From assembly GCF_018350175.1 (NCBI RefSeq), contig NC_058368.1:131008001-131072000 (forward strand): a DNA stretch of 64,000 nucleotides, in the 5' to 3' direction. The DNA is from Felis catus (Eukaryota). Position numbers and translations under genes: made by a program. Numbering within the stretch: position 1 is the stretch's first letter; each line of letters starts with the position of its first letter. A model generated the notes under the pieces. The model ran no database searches, had not been told where the DNA came from, and worked only from the letters and a program-made list of their open reading frames with translations. This document shows positions 52,095 through 64,000 of this stretch, piece after piece.

Positions 52095-52669
52095 TAAATG
52101 TACACCTAATATATGATCTAGACACCCTATTCCTAGAGAAATGAAAATATAAGTCCATACAAAGACTTGGACATGAATGTTCATAGCATTTTTTTTTTTA
52201 ATTTGTAATAGCCCCAAACTGGAAACATTTCAAAGACACATCCACAGATGAATGGATAAACACTTTGTGCTGATTGGTACAATGGGATACTAATTTGTAC
52301 TAAAAAGAAGTGAATAATGGATACATGCAATAAACAATATTCATAAATCTAAACAGAGTGAACAATTACTCCGAGTGAACACAGCCAGACAATAAACACA
52401 AACTGTATTATAACATTCATATAAAAACCTATAACATACAAGTAATCTACACTGACAGAAAAATCAATGGTTTCCTGGGGAGCCAGCAGAGAGGAGTGGA
52501 GTAGGAAGAAGGGGCAAAGGGCCATGAGCAAACTTTGGTGATGGTGTGAACGTTGACTCTCTTGGGCATAGTGACAACCTCATGTGTAGATACATATGTC
52601 AAGCTTATCAAAATGTACACTTAAGTATATACTGTCCATTGTATGTCGGTTAGACCTCAATAAAACTAT

Positions 52670-52815
52670 TTAAAAATGCTTTAAAAACTCCCATTATTAA
52701 GGTTGCACCTCAGATTAATGAATCAGGATCTCTGGGGGTGAGACCCATCCAAGAGTGAATAGTTTTTAAAGCTTCCCAGGTGACTCCAATGAGCAGCTAA
52801 TGTTGAGAAGCACTG
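52670..52815. mobile_element. MER5-type MITE fragment
   Basis: GAATCAGGATCTCTGGGGGTG...TCCCAGGTGACTCC...TTGAGAAGCACTG. Confidence 0.65.
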
Positions 52816-53386
52816 TGATACCGAAAGGCTCTAGGAAATACTCAAGGGAGAATGTGATCAGCTGTGTATGATCTATTAGAGGATACAATCAATGGGAAAT
52901 TAACAGGAATCCACACTATCTGACTAGGAAGAAGTTAACATTGACCTCTCAGAGAAGAGATACGTGTCAAAAAAATGCTCTGACTCATCACGTGGATGCA
53001 TTAGCTACTCTGAGTTCAACTAATCCTTCATTCCAAGAATTACACAGAAAACCTTCGGGCAAGACTCTACCAGGAGGATTCTATTGACTCTCTGACAGAG
53101 TGATAAATGACTTAGGTTCTATAACAAATTTGTGGAGCAGGGAAAACATACACATATGTACACTTAGTTTCTATTTTAGGTTTTCCCAAGGAACTCTTAC
53201 AAGAAAGGAAAATCATGGTTTAAGATTAAACCAGTTCCTTCACAACATAATGTAAGTTGACATAGCTTTTATTTTTTCAATTAAAAGAAAAGTCAAGGCA
53301 AAAAGTAAACACGTGTATTTCTCTTATTTTTATGAGACACAGAAACCAATACACAAGCACAGATACCTTCTTTTGAAAAACCCTGG

Positions 53387-53595
53387 GGGGTGCCTGGGTG
53401 GTTCAGTCGGTTAAGCATCCGACTTCAGCTTATGATTTCACAGTTCCAGGGTTCGAGCCCCGCATAGGGCTCTGTGCTGACAGCTCAGAGCCTGGAACCT
53501 GCTTTGAATTCTGTGTCTCCCTCTCTCTGCTCTTCCCCCTCGTGCTCTGTCTCTCTCTCCTTCAAAAATAAAAACATTAAATTTTTTTTTTGAAA
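53387..53595 (+). mobile_element. CanSINE
   Basis: SINE head, CT region and tail. Confidence 0.92.
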
Positions 53596-54248
53596 AATCT
53601 TGGAATTTCAAAGGATGATGGATGTTACTCAGACATCCAGGAAGATTACCAGAGGCTTTTTACCGTGATCTCTGAGCCTCAGAAAAAGGTAGACAATTTT
53701 ACATCACATGCATATGTACATTTTGGAAGAGAGAGGGGCCAGAGCTTTTATCCATAGACAAAGACAATGCTGACCTAAAAGCTGAAGAACAGTTACCTCA
53801 AAACAAGCATATTTAAGTAGATTTTTATTCAACAGACTCTATTCTTCAATTAAGAAACCATTTCCCTAGAGTATGGAGGTTAGGGTTTAAGTTCATAAGA
53901 ATGCTTTTGTAGCCAACTCACTGCTATATTAAACCAAACCCACTGAACAGCTCTTATTACCTAGTTGTAAGAATTCCAGTTAATATATCAGCAAATCTTT
54001 CTGTCTCAACGGAGAGACATATTTCAGGGATGATGACAAATCATCAGCTATTCTTACTAAGCACTTACTAGGCATAGTTCTTTACTGGAGTAAAGCCAGG
54101 AAAGCCAGGAGTCACAAAATTGGAAATTTTCTAACCAACTGTAAGGGAGCAAATGTTTTAAAAGCCTTTGTCAGTCATTTTTCCCACAAGGCCAATTCCT
54201 CTGTCAAGAAAATGGAAAATACATCTCAATGAGGACCAGAGAACCAGA

Positions 54249-54458
54249 TTTTATTTTTAATTTATTTTTAATTTTTAAAATTTATTTTGAGAGAGAGAAA
54301 GACGGGGAGGGGGGAGGTCAGAGAGAGAGGGAGAGAGAATGCAAAGCAGGCTCCATGCTGTCAGCGCAGAGCCCAATGCAGAGCTCAAACTCACAAATGG
54401 TGGGATCATAACCTGAGCCAAAGTCAGACACTTAACCGACTGAGCCTCCCAGGTGCCC
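54249..54458 (-). mobile_element. CanSINE
   Basis: Reverse SINE ending CAGGTGCCCC on the plus strand. Confidence 0.9.
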
Positions 54459-54608
54459 CAGCACCAGGTTTTAAACTTTATTGCTTTGATTCCACGAAGC
54501 ACAGGGGAACCAGAGGCAAGTTATCTATAGAAGGAATGTGAGCGCTGAGAGAGGCAACAGAGATGTTCAGCTAGTGAAAAAGCAAAAACTCAAGAGTTTA
54601 GGAAGAGA

Positions 54609-54741
54609 AAAACAGATGAACAAGGGCACTTGTGTTGAGCACTGGGTGTGATATGTAAGTGGTGAATCACTAAATTCTACTCTTGAAACCACTATCACCC
54701 TATATGTTAACTAGAATTTAAATAAAAACCTCAAAGAAAAA
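54609..54741 (+). mobile_element. Short 5'-truncated carnivore L1 3' end
   Basis: GAGCACTGGGTGTGATATGTAAG...AATAAA and A-tail; TSD AAGAGTTTAGGAAGAGA at 54592-54608 and 54742-54758. Confidence 0.9.
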
Positions 54742-55767
54742 AAGAGTTTAGGAAGAGAGTTGAAAAAATTAATTAAAAAAAAAACTAATCCAAAATCATA
54801 CTTGAAGGAAATTATGAAAATGCAGTATTTTCAAAATTGCCATGCTTTTCATCCATACAATGCACAAGAAGAGAAATTTACGAAATATTTTTCATCCCCA
54901 AGCAACACAGGTTCCCACATAAGAAACATCCCAGGTCCCAAAGTCAAGCTCCCATTTATTGTTCTACTCACAGCAGCCTCCATAACAAATAAATCTCTCC
55001 ACATCAACACTATTATTCCATTTCCTTGTAAGTTTCTTCTCACTCACCCTCAAATTTCTCTGACTGGTTAAATAAACACAATAATTATCTCACCATATGC
55101 ATGTTTCTTCTACCTTACTTCCCCTCTAATGAGTATTAAGGCAATGAAAGCTTTTTGGTCATGATGTCTGATCCAGTGTTAACACTATCTTTACTTCCAT
55201 ATTTATTTTGGTTCTTCTCTCAACTCCCTGGAAGACATCACATTTAAAAAATTTACTGGAGTGTCCTACAGTGAATATTAAGAGGCAGAAAAGGAACCAC
55301 ATTTAAATAAGAATAGTATGCTTCTAGGCTTGTGACTTAGAATGACAGATGTAATAAAAGCAGCTGATATTAGATAAACATTATATTCTTCCATGATTAC
55401 AAGTATAAATGTTCCAGACATAGATTTAAGGAGTTACTTCTGGGATCTATAGCTTTAAAATGTTGCCTGATAAATTACAAGGCAAAGATTAAATGACTTT
55501 ACTCCTTGAGAATCACAGAGGCAATGCCTTGGGATTAGATAGAAAGAAATTAATGACGATCTTACAACAACAGAATTAGGGTGTACAATCTAAAATAACT
55601 CATGATCTAGGATAACTTAAAACGTATTGGGGAAAAATGTATTGAGCAAAAGGGAATAAGTTCCATCCATTTATTTTTCTAACTCTCTCTGTCAGTACAA
55701 ATCATGATATATCACCTCTGCCAGAAGGGATGTATTGAAAATTACTGTTTAAAACAATGATCTCAGA

Positions 55768-55958
55768 GAGTGGTTCTCAAAGCCTGGTCCCTGGATAAGC
55801 AGCATCAGCATCACCTTGGCATTTGTTTAAAATGCATATTCTCAGACCCCACCCTACACTCACTGAAGAGCAGAAATTCTGGGATAGAGCCTAACAATTT
55901 GTATTTTAATAAACCCTCCAAGTAAGTCTGATGTTCTCCAAAGTTGACAACCACTAGT
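55768..55958. mobile_element. MER5A hAT-Charlie MITE
   Basis: AGTGGTTCTCAAAG...CAGCATCAGCATCACC...TTGACAACCACT terminal inverted repeats. Confidence 0.8.
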
Positions 55959-56100
55959 CTACAAAGAGCCAAATTATTTTTTCTGCTCTTAGTTGATTTC
56001 TTTTTTTTCTCTTTCTTTTCTTTCTTTTCTTTCCTTCTTTTTTTTTTTTTTTTTTTTGTCTTAGCCTGAAGTGGGAGCTAGAGACAAGTAGAAACTATAT

Positions 56101-56138
<38 letters not shown>

Positions 56139-57176
56139 CTTCTTGAGTACTGTGTGCCTCTTCCTACATTGCCCGACTCATTAGAGAAAACTAGTTATTA
56201 AAACCATATTGTCCATCTGATCCTTGTTATTCCTCTGTCAAAAATTGAGGAAAATCTATCTTTTCCATCCCTACTAACATGGACTTTGTTCACACCTTCT
56301 TACATGAATTTTTACCCCTGCCATTGATCTGAGCCCCTCCCTCTTTGGTCCATCCTCTATCTCTACCTCTGCTAATCAGAACTGTCTATCTAAAACATAA
56401 ATTTGATCATTGCCCTGTTCCTGCCCTTTCAATGACTTCCCTTTCCCTGTGCTCTTATCTACAGGACAACCTAAACTCCCTGTCATTTAAGGCCCTTCTT
56501 AACTACCTCAAGCTTAAATTTCAGGACTTCTCGCTCACCTCATCTTGTCAACCACCTTGTTCTTCAAGCACCATCTACATCCTTGTTATTCCTAGAGCCT
56601 CCCAAAGTCTCTCAGGTGCCAAGGTCTGTGGCCACTCTCTCTGGTCTTGACAGCTACGGTAATAACATATACCTACTGACGAACTTGTGGTTCCACAGAT
56701 TCTTTCTTCCTGGCAATTGTCTTCTGAACCTGTTCCCTCCCCTTCAGGAACTAAGGTTGTATCAGCTAATGTGGTATTCTAAACTGGGTCAGAGGGAAAA
56801 GCCACAGGCAAGTTCTCTAATGCTATGCAAACTTTGAGGAAGACCTTATGAGGGGAGGGCCTCTGCTCCCTCTGTTAGTCTGTCCGTGACCCAACAAGTG
56901 GAAATTTCAGGTTCTTTAGGTAGAAAAGGTAGCAATAGTATTTTAGACCAGTGAGGAATATTTGGGCGTCCAAGCAGAATCTTTTAGATAAGACCACTCT
57001 GGTAGAGTACAAATCGAGTACCTTTTTTAAGTCAGCCACAATTTGGGCAGATTAATTCTTATGAGTGTCTGACCAAAGCTGAATATGCTAGAAAAATGGC
57101 TTTCTAATTTGAAGCTAGAAAGAAACTGGCACTAAACTCAATAGCTAGTGTCGCTTTCCTCCATTCTGTCTCATAC

Positions 57177-57297
57177 CAAGATGAAAGTTGGCAAGGATTT
57201 TATTTCTTGCTGCAAGTGTTTATAACTCTTCAATTTCTCAGTGATTTTATTGAAAAGATCCAATGCTGATTCCACTCTAATGTAATGACACTGGTGC
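57177..57297 (-). CDS. Candidate internal coding exon of an unidentified gene (HQCHYIRVESALDLFNKITEKLKSYKHLQQEIKSLPTFIL)
   Basis: Acceptor ttttgtggttttcag|G and donor TTG|gtatga; 121 nt, open in only one frame; lies in non-repetitive sequence. Protein not recognised. Confidence 0.5.
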
Positions 57298-58135
57298 CTG
57301 AAAACCACAAAATCAACCAGGACTGAACTTGTTTTGTCTGCATGCTATGTTCCTTTCTGACCTGGACAATTATTCTTGATATCCGTCAAACCAATGATAA
57401 TGGCTCTTGGAGCAATGGCCATTGTTTGTTGTTGCTTTTGAGTTTAACTGACCTTTTCCTTTAATAGAAAAGGAAGTTTTCTAACAGGGAAATTAAGAAA
57501 ATGAGAAAGAGAGTGTTGATAAAAAACCATGAGAGATTCATTCACAATATTTCTAAAGCAATTTGAATTCAAATTGTGATCAATATCACAGTTCTTCGGT
57601 ATATATTACAGGTATTTTATTTAATCAGTGTTTAAGGCAATAGCAAATTTATAGTCTGGATTCTATGAACCAAGTATTTTCACTCAAAAAAAAAATCATG
57701 ATATCAGAAACTTAACATCAACCAATCTGAAATCCACTATATAAAGTGAAGCACTATGTCAAATATGTTTTTACAAGTTGCAGTTTTCTCACAAGTAGAA
57801 GTCTTCTTGTTGCCATCATGTCTTCCAGATTACATCAGAATTTTATGATTATGGATACAGATCAAAAAGAAACACAGCTTTAATACCTCTGTGATGTGCA
57901 TAAAAGAACAATGGCTATGTCACGTGATTAATGTAGTTATCCAACATAGATGATGGGGATGATACAAGAAGAGGAGGTAGCCTTAAAATATATGAAGATA
58001 TAATGCTTACAAAGCTTACAGACCTGTAATGCTTATGATATTCACACACACAATACGAAGACACTGAACAAAATCTTGATCAAATACAGAAAATTCCAGC
58101 AGGAAGAAGGCAACTTTAAAATAACCCAATATTTT

Positions 58136-58346
58136 GGGGCACCTGGGGGGCTCAGTCAGTCAAGAGTGCGACTTTGGTTCAGGTCATGATCTCATGGTTC
58201 ATGAGTTTGAGCCCCACATTGGGTTCTATGCTAAGAGCTCAGAGCCCAGAGCCTGCTTTGGATTCTGAGTCTCCCTCTCTGTCTGCCCCTCCCCCACTTG
58301 CTCTCTCTCTCTCTCTCTCTCTCTGAAAAATAAACATTAAAAAATT
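58136..58346 (+). mobile_element. CanSINE
   Basis: TSD TAAAATAACCCAATATTTT. Confidence 0.93.
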
Positions 58347-58654
58347 AAAATAACCCAATATTTTACTTGTAATTTCTTTAAAAATAATTACAGATATACC
58401 TTGACCAGACCCATGCCTTTTAAAACCCCATCTTCCTTTCCTTTCCTTACCCACCCATATCTCACAAACACCTTAGCTTCTCTCTCAGTCTACTCTCTCC
58501 TGCTCTCCCCCAAACTAATCTTACAAGTTCATCCAACAAGGTTCTGCTCCCTCACTGCTTTTCTCCTGATTCTGTGTCAACGAAAACTCAGAACATCTCA
58601 TCTGTCAAAGCAAGACTCTTTGAAGAATGTGGGAGGAGAAAAGTGCTAATGATC

Positions 58655-59021
58655 TGCTATGGTCTGAATGTCTGTGGTCCCTACGTCACCCAAATTCCCC
58701 CAAATATGTTGAACCCAGCGTGATGGTATTGGGAGGGAGATCCTTTGGGAGGTGATTAGGTCAGGGGGAAGAGCCCTCACGATGGAGACTGGTTGTATAA
58801 TAAGGAGACCCTGGAGAGCTGGCCCTTTCCTTCCTCCAGGTGAGGACACAGAGGGAAGGCTCTATCTGTGAACCAGAAATCAAGCCTTCACCACACACAG
58901 AATCTGTTGGCACCTTGGTATTGGACTTCCGGCTTCAGGAACTATGAAACAAAAATTTCTGTTCTTTATAAGCCACACAGTCTACAGTATTTTGTTATAG
59001 CACCCCAAATGAGCTACAACA
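58655..59021 (+). mobile_element. MLT1A/MST-type MaLR LTR
   Basis: TGCTATGGTCTGAATGTCTGTG start and TTTTGTTATAGCA...ACA end. Confidence 0.85.
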
Positions 59022-61181
59022 CTAGCCAAGCCAGAATCCTCCTTCAAGGTTGGGGGATTCATCTATTACTCGTTTCCCTCATATATTGATCTAAGAAATT
59101 ATCCAAAATACAGCATCAACACCTCTTTTGTCACTCTTTGGCTTACTTTCATCTGAGACAAAGGGAGTTTACAGTTACCAAAACAAAGCTAAAATTTACC
59201 CACTTTTACATTAAAACTGTAAGTTAAACCATTTTTAAGAATATGGGGGGAAAGAGAGGGGGAGCCAAGATGGCATAACAGCATGGAAGTTTTTTGTGTC
59301 TCGCATCCATGAAATACAGCCAGACCAACACTAAACCATCTTGCACACCTAGAAAACTTATTTGAGGATTCACACAACAATCTGCACAAACTGAACCACA
59401 GAATCCAGCAGGTATGCAGCACGAAGAGGTAAGATTGGGGAGCGAGAAGCACCGGCCAGGAGGGAGCCACTTTTGTGGGTGGAGAGAGAATGGAGACATT
59501 GGGGTGGGGGTGGGATATGGGGAAAGCACCCCTCCCCAAAAGCAGCTGGAGAGAAAGTGGAAAATTAGAAACAGCCACATGGACCAAAATAAAAAGGGAG
59601 AAAGGAAAAAGGAGAGGATTTAAATTCCATTAAGACTGTAAACAAGGGGAGCGCAAAGACTGCAACTCTGCAGCTCTATACCTGGTGGTGCCCTGGTGGG
59701 AAGGGCAAATCCCCAGGAGTAGAATGGGGTCCAGGAGGTTCTCAGGCCACACAGGGAAAAGCGGTTCCACTGCTGGAAGGACATTTGGTAGAAAATGTTG
59801 AGGCCACCTGGTACCAGCAGACACCAGAGAACGGCCACATTCACTGGTGCTGGAACAAGGTCGTTAAGGATGAAGTCTGGTGACAGATGTGTGTTGTGAT
59901 TTTCCATAATCCCTGAAAAGCTGCTGCTACACTATCTTGCGAACTTTTTCTGGGGTGGGCTGGCACCTGGCTGCAGTCTTGGGGCCCTGGAAGCAGCAGG
60001 GTCCAGCAAGCTGGGTACAGCCGGCATTCGGCCATTGCTCACTGAGATTGTCCCACAGAGGGACGGAATTGGTAAAAGCCACAGTCCTTCAGAAGTTAGG
60101 GGCTGGGGAAAACAGCTGCATCTGTGACAAAACTCAGGAGAGAGGTACTGCCTGGGGCTTGGTCACGGACAGTGAAAATGCAGGGAGGGGACAAAAGCTG
60201 AAGATAGAGGACAGATGCGCGATTTCTGATCTGAGAGAACAGAGTTCCCATACTAGAGACTGGGTAGCTGGGTGACGCCATTTTCACCATTCCCGCACAT
60301 GGAGGTACACACCTACCAGCGCCACAATACTCCACCTCAGTAGGCTAGCAGCACCATCTAGTGGAAAGTGGAGCTGTTACACTGAGCCCCACCCAACTGG
60401 GCCAACCTAGCTCTTCAAGAACACAAGTCTCACTGCCTGGTTAGTTTATGGACTATAAAGTGCTTCATAGTCTGACTTCTGGGGGAAAAAGAAGTAATTT
60501 CAGTCCTATTTCAATCTGATAGCAGGTCCATCTGTTCAATTTTCTTTTTTTTTTCCTCTTTTTCACTTCTTTTCTTTTTCTTGAGCACAGAAAAACAAAA
60601 TTCATTTTTTATTTTCAATTTTTATTAAAAATATTTTTATTTAATTTTTTTACTCTTTTTTACTTTTGTGAAATTTTTTTCAAATTCTATTTTACTTCCA
60701 TCATTTTACTTTAGTCTACTTCAGTGTAGTCACTTTTTCAAATTTTCAAACGATTTCTTTTCTTTTTCTTTTTTCTGTTTTCATTTCTTTTCTTTTTCAA
60801 TACAGAGAAAAAATTCATTTTTTTCAATTTTTATTAAAAATATTTTCTTTCATTTTTTTGTTCTGTATTTTTTACTTTTGTGTAAATTTTTTCAAATTCT
60901 ATTTTACTTACATTATTTTATTTTAGTCTACTCCAGTCTATTCATTTTTTCAAATTCTCAACGATTTCATTTTTTACTTTTTCCCCCTTTTTTCTCTAAT
61001 CTATCAAAACACTTTCAACACCCAGACCAAAACACACCTAGGATCTAGCATCATTTATTTGATTTTTGTGTGTGTGTGTTTTTAATTTTTAATTTTAATA
61101 TGTTTTAATTTTAATTTTTTAATTTTAATTTTTTAATTTTAATTTTTCTACTTCATTAATTCCTTTTCTCCCTTCAAACTG

Positions 61182-62058
61182 ATGAAACAAAGAAATTCAC
61201 CCAAAAGAAAGAGCATAAAGAAACGACAGCCAGGAATTTAACCAACACGTACACAAGCAAGATGTCTGAACCAGAATTTAGAATCACGATAATAAGAATA
61301 CAAGCTGGAGTTGAAAATAGATTAGAATCCTTTTCTGCAGAGATAAAACAAGTAAAAGCTAGTCAAAATGAAATAAAAAATGCTACAACTGAGCTGCAAT
61401 CTACATGGATGCCATGACGGCAAGGATGGATGAGGCAGATCAGAGATTCGGTGATAGGGAGGACAAACTTAAAGAGAATAAGGAAGCAGAAAAAAAGAGG
61501 GAGATTAAGGCAAAAGAGCACAATTTAAGAATTAGAGAAATCAGTGACTCATTAAAAAGGAACAACATAAGAATCGTAGGGGTGCCAGAAGAGGAAGAGA
61601 GAGAAATAGGGGTAGAAGGGTTATGTGAGCAAAGCATAGTGGAAAACTTTCCTAACCTGGTGAAAGACACAGATATCAAAATCCAGGAAGCACAGAGAAC
61701 CCCCATTAGATTCAACAAAAACCGACCATCAACAAGGCATATCATAGTCAAATTCACGAAATACTCAGGCAAGGAGAGAATCATGAAAGCAGCAAGGGAA
61801 AAAAAGTCCCTAACCTACAAGGGAAGACAGATCAGGTTTGCAGCAGACCTATCCACAGAAACTTGGCAAGCCAGAAAGGAGTGGAAGGATATATTCAATG
61901 TGCTGAATCAGAAAAATATGCAGCCAAGAATTCTTTATCCATCTGGGCTGTCATTCAAAATAGAAGGAGACATTGAAAGTTTCCCAGACAAACAAAAATT
62001 AAAAGAATTTGTGACCACTAAACCAGCCCGGCAAGAAAGTTTAAGGGGGACTCTCTGA
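61182..62058 (+). pseudogene. L1 ORF1p, frameshifted
   Basis: ATG at 61182; two 1-nt frameshifts (~61200 and ~61403); then ...SLKRNNIRIVGVPEEEERE...LRGTL. Confidence 0.92.
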
Positions 62059-62076
62059 GGGGAGAAAAAAATTAAA

Positions 62077-62111
62077 TACATACATACATACATACATACA
62101 TACATACATAC
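62077..62111. repeat. (TACA)n microsatellite in the L1 inter-ORF spacer
   Basis: Read directly from the sequence. Confidence 0.95.
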
Positions 62112-62178
62112 CAAAAGCAACAAAGATTAAAAATGACCAGAGAACACCACCAGAAATTCCAACTCTATAAGCAACATA

Positions 62179-64000
62179 ATGGCAATAAATTCATATCTTT
62201 CAGTACTTACTCTAAACGTCAATGGACTCAATGCTCCAACCAAAAGACATAGGGTAACAGAATGGATAAGAAAACAAGATCCATCTATATGTTATTTACA
62301 AGAGACCCACTTTAGACCTAAAGAGACCTACAGATTGATAAGGGGATGGAGAAGCATCTATCATGCTAATGGTCAACAAAAGAAAGGCGGGGTAGCAATA
62401 CTTGTATCAGACGATCCAGACTTTAAAATAAAACTGTATCAAGAGATGCAGAAGGGCATTATATCATAATTAAGGGGTCTATCCACCAAAAAGACCTAAT
62501 AATTGTAAACATTTATGCTCCAAATGTGGGAAAACCCCAAATGTATAAGTCAATTAATCACAAATATAAAGAAACTCCTTGATAATAATACCATAATAGT
62601 AGGAGACTTCAACACCCCACTCACAGCAATGGACAGATCATCTAATCAGAACACCAACAAGGAAACAATGGCTTTGAATGACACACTGGACCATATGGAC
62701 TTAACAGACAGACTCAGAACATTTCATCCCAAAGCAATGGAATACACATTCTTCTTCAGTGCACATGGAACGTTCTCCAGAATAGACCACATACTGGGAC
62801 ACAAATCAGCCCTCAACAAGTATAAAAAGACTGAGATCATACCATGTATATTTTCAGACCACAACACTATGAAACTCGAAATCAACCACAAGAAAAATAT
62901 TGGAAAGGTAACAAATACTTGGAGACTAAAGAACATCCTATTAAAGAATGAATGGGCTAACCAAGAAGTTAGAGAGGAAATTAAAAAGTATATGGAAGTC
63001 AATGAAAATGATAATACCACAGCCCAAAACCTCAGGGATGCAGCAAAGGTGGTCATAAGAGGAAAATATATAGCAATCCAGGCCTTCCAAAAGAAGGAAG
63101 AAAGGTCTCAGATACACAACCTAACCTTATGCCTTAAAGAGCTGGAAAAAGAACAGCACATAAAACCCCAAACCAGCAGAAGACAGGAAATAATAAAGAT
63201 TAGAGCAGAAATTAATGCTATCGAAACCAAAAAAAACAGTAGAACAGATCAATGAAACCAGAAGCTGGTTCTTCAAAAGAGTAAACAAAACTGATAAACC
63301 ACTAGCCAGGGTGATCAAAAAGAAAAAGAAAAGGATCCAAATAAATAAAATCAAGAATGAAAAGGGGATATCACAACCAACACAGAAGAAATAAAAACAA
63401 TAATCAGAGAATATTATGAACAATTATACGCCAATAAAATGGGCGATCTGGAAGAAATGGACAAATTCCTAGAAACACATAAACTACCAAAACTGAAACA
63501 GGAAGAAATAGAAAATTTGAACAGACCCATAACCAATAAGAAAATCAAATTAGTAATCAAAAACCTCCCAAAAAACAAGAGTCCAGGGCCAGATGGCTTT
63601 CCAGGGGAAGTCTACCAAATATTTAAGGAAGAGTTAACACCTATTCTCTTGAAGCTGTTCCAAAAAATAGACATGGAAGGAAAACTTCCAAACTCTTTCT
63701 ATGAAGCCAACATTACCTTGATTCCAAAACCAGTAATCCCACTAAAAAGGAGAACTACAGACCAATTTCCCTGATGAAAATGGATGCAAAAATTCTCAAC
63801 AAGATATTAGCCAACCAGCTCCAACAATACATTAAAACAATTACTCACCACAACCAAGTGGCATTTATACCTGGGATGCAGGGCTGGTTCAATAACCACA
63901 AAACAATAAATGTGATTCATCACATCAATAAAAGAAAGGACAAGGACCATATGATCCTCTCAATAGATGCAGAGAAAGCATTTGACAAAATACAGCATCC
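62179..64000 (+). pseudogene. L1 ORF2p N-terminal part (endonuclease to start of RT), multiple frameshifts
   Basis: MAINSYLSVLTLNVNGLN..., GDFNTPL and KSPGPDGF spread across several reading frames. Confidence 0.95.

Larger units (their letters stand above)
50740..52680 (+). mobile_element. Old L1M 3' portion
   Basis: Degenerate ORF2 end and 3'UTR ending CCTCAATAAAACTATTTAAAAA. Confidence 0.75.
59250..64000 (+). mobile_element. Older carnivore-type LINE-1 with intact 5' end, running off the window
   Basis: Starts GGGGGAGCCAAGATGGC (YY1 motif, ~59266-59274); ~1.9-kb 5'UTR; degenerate ORF1 and ORF2 follow. Confidence 0.95.

Noticed and set aside
56038..56136. Poly(T) and poly(A) runs 48 bp apart forming a possible hairpin
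   Set aside because: Homopolymer pairing only, with no complementary unique sequence or TSD.

Overview
Mammalian, almost certainly felid, nuclear DNA: it carries about 20 cat-type CanSINEs and felid-type L1s on an AT-rich, repeat-dense, intergenic or intronic background. No complete protein-coding gene is visible, and most long ORFs are L1 ORF1/ORF2 fragments. Main contents: a near full-length young L1 with a perfect 17-bp TSD (17217-23111); a second, older L1 running off the right end (from ~59250); old L1M, L2, MIR, MER5 and LTR relics; and one candidate minus-strand coding exon of an unidentified gene (57177-57297). The most notable signals are (i) a ~7-kb cluster of three captured cellular-RNA sequences: a tailless 5S rRNA copy nested in a SINE, a 5'-truncated MRTFA/MKL1 retrocopy with an intact C-terminal reading frame, and a 45S pre-rRNA ITS1 fragment in a (TA)n tract; and (ii) a ~200-bp inverted repeat that I cannot assign to a known transposon, with a 59-bp perfect core and strand-biased G:U-compatible changes (32121-33128). 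I see no evidence for a new multi-gene system. Repeat family names come from recalled consensus similarity, not database searches, and boundaries of old repeats are approximate.
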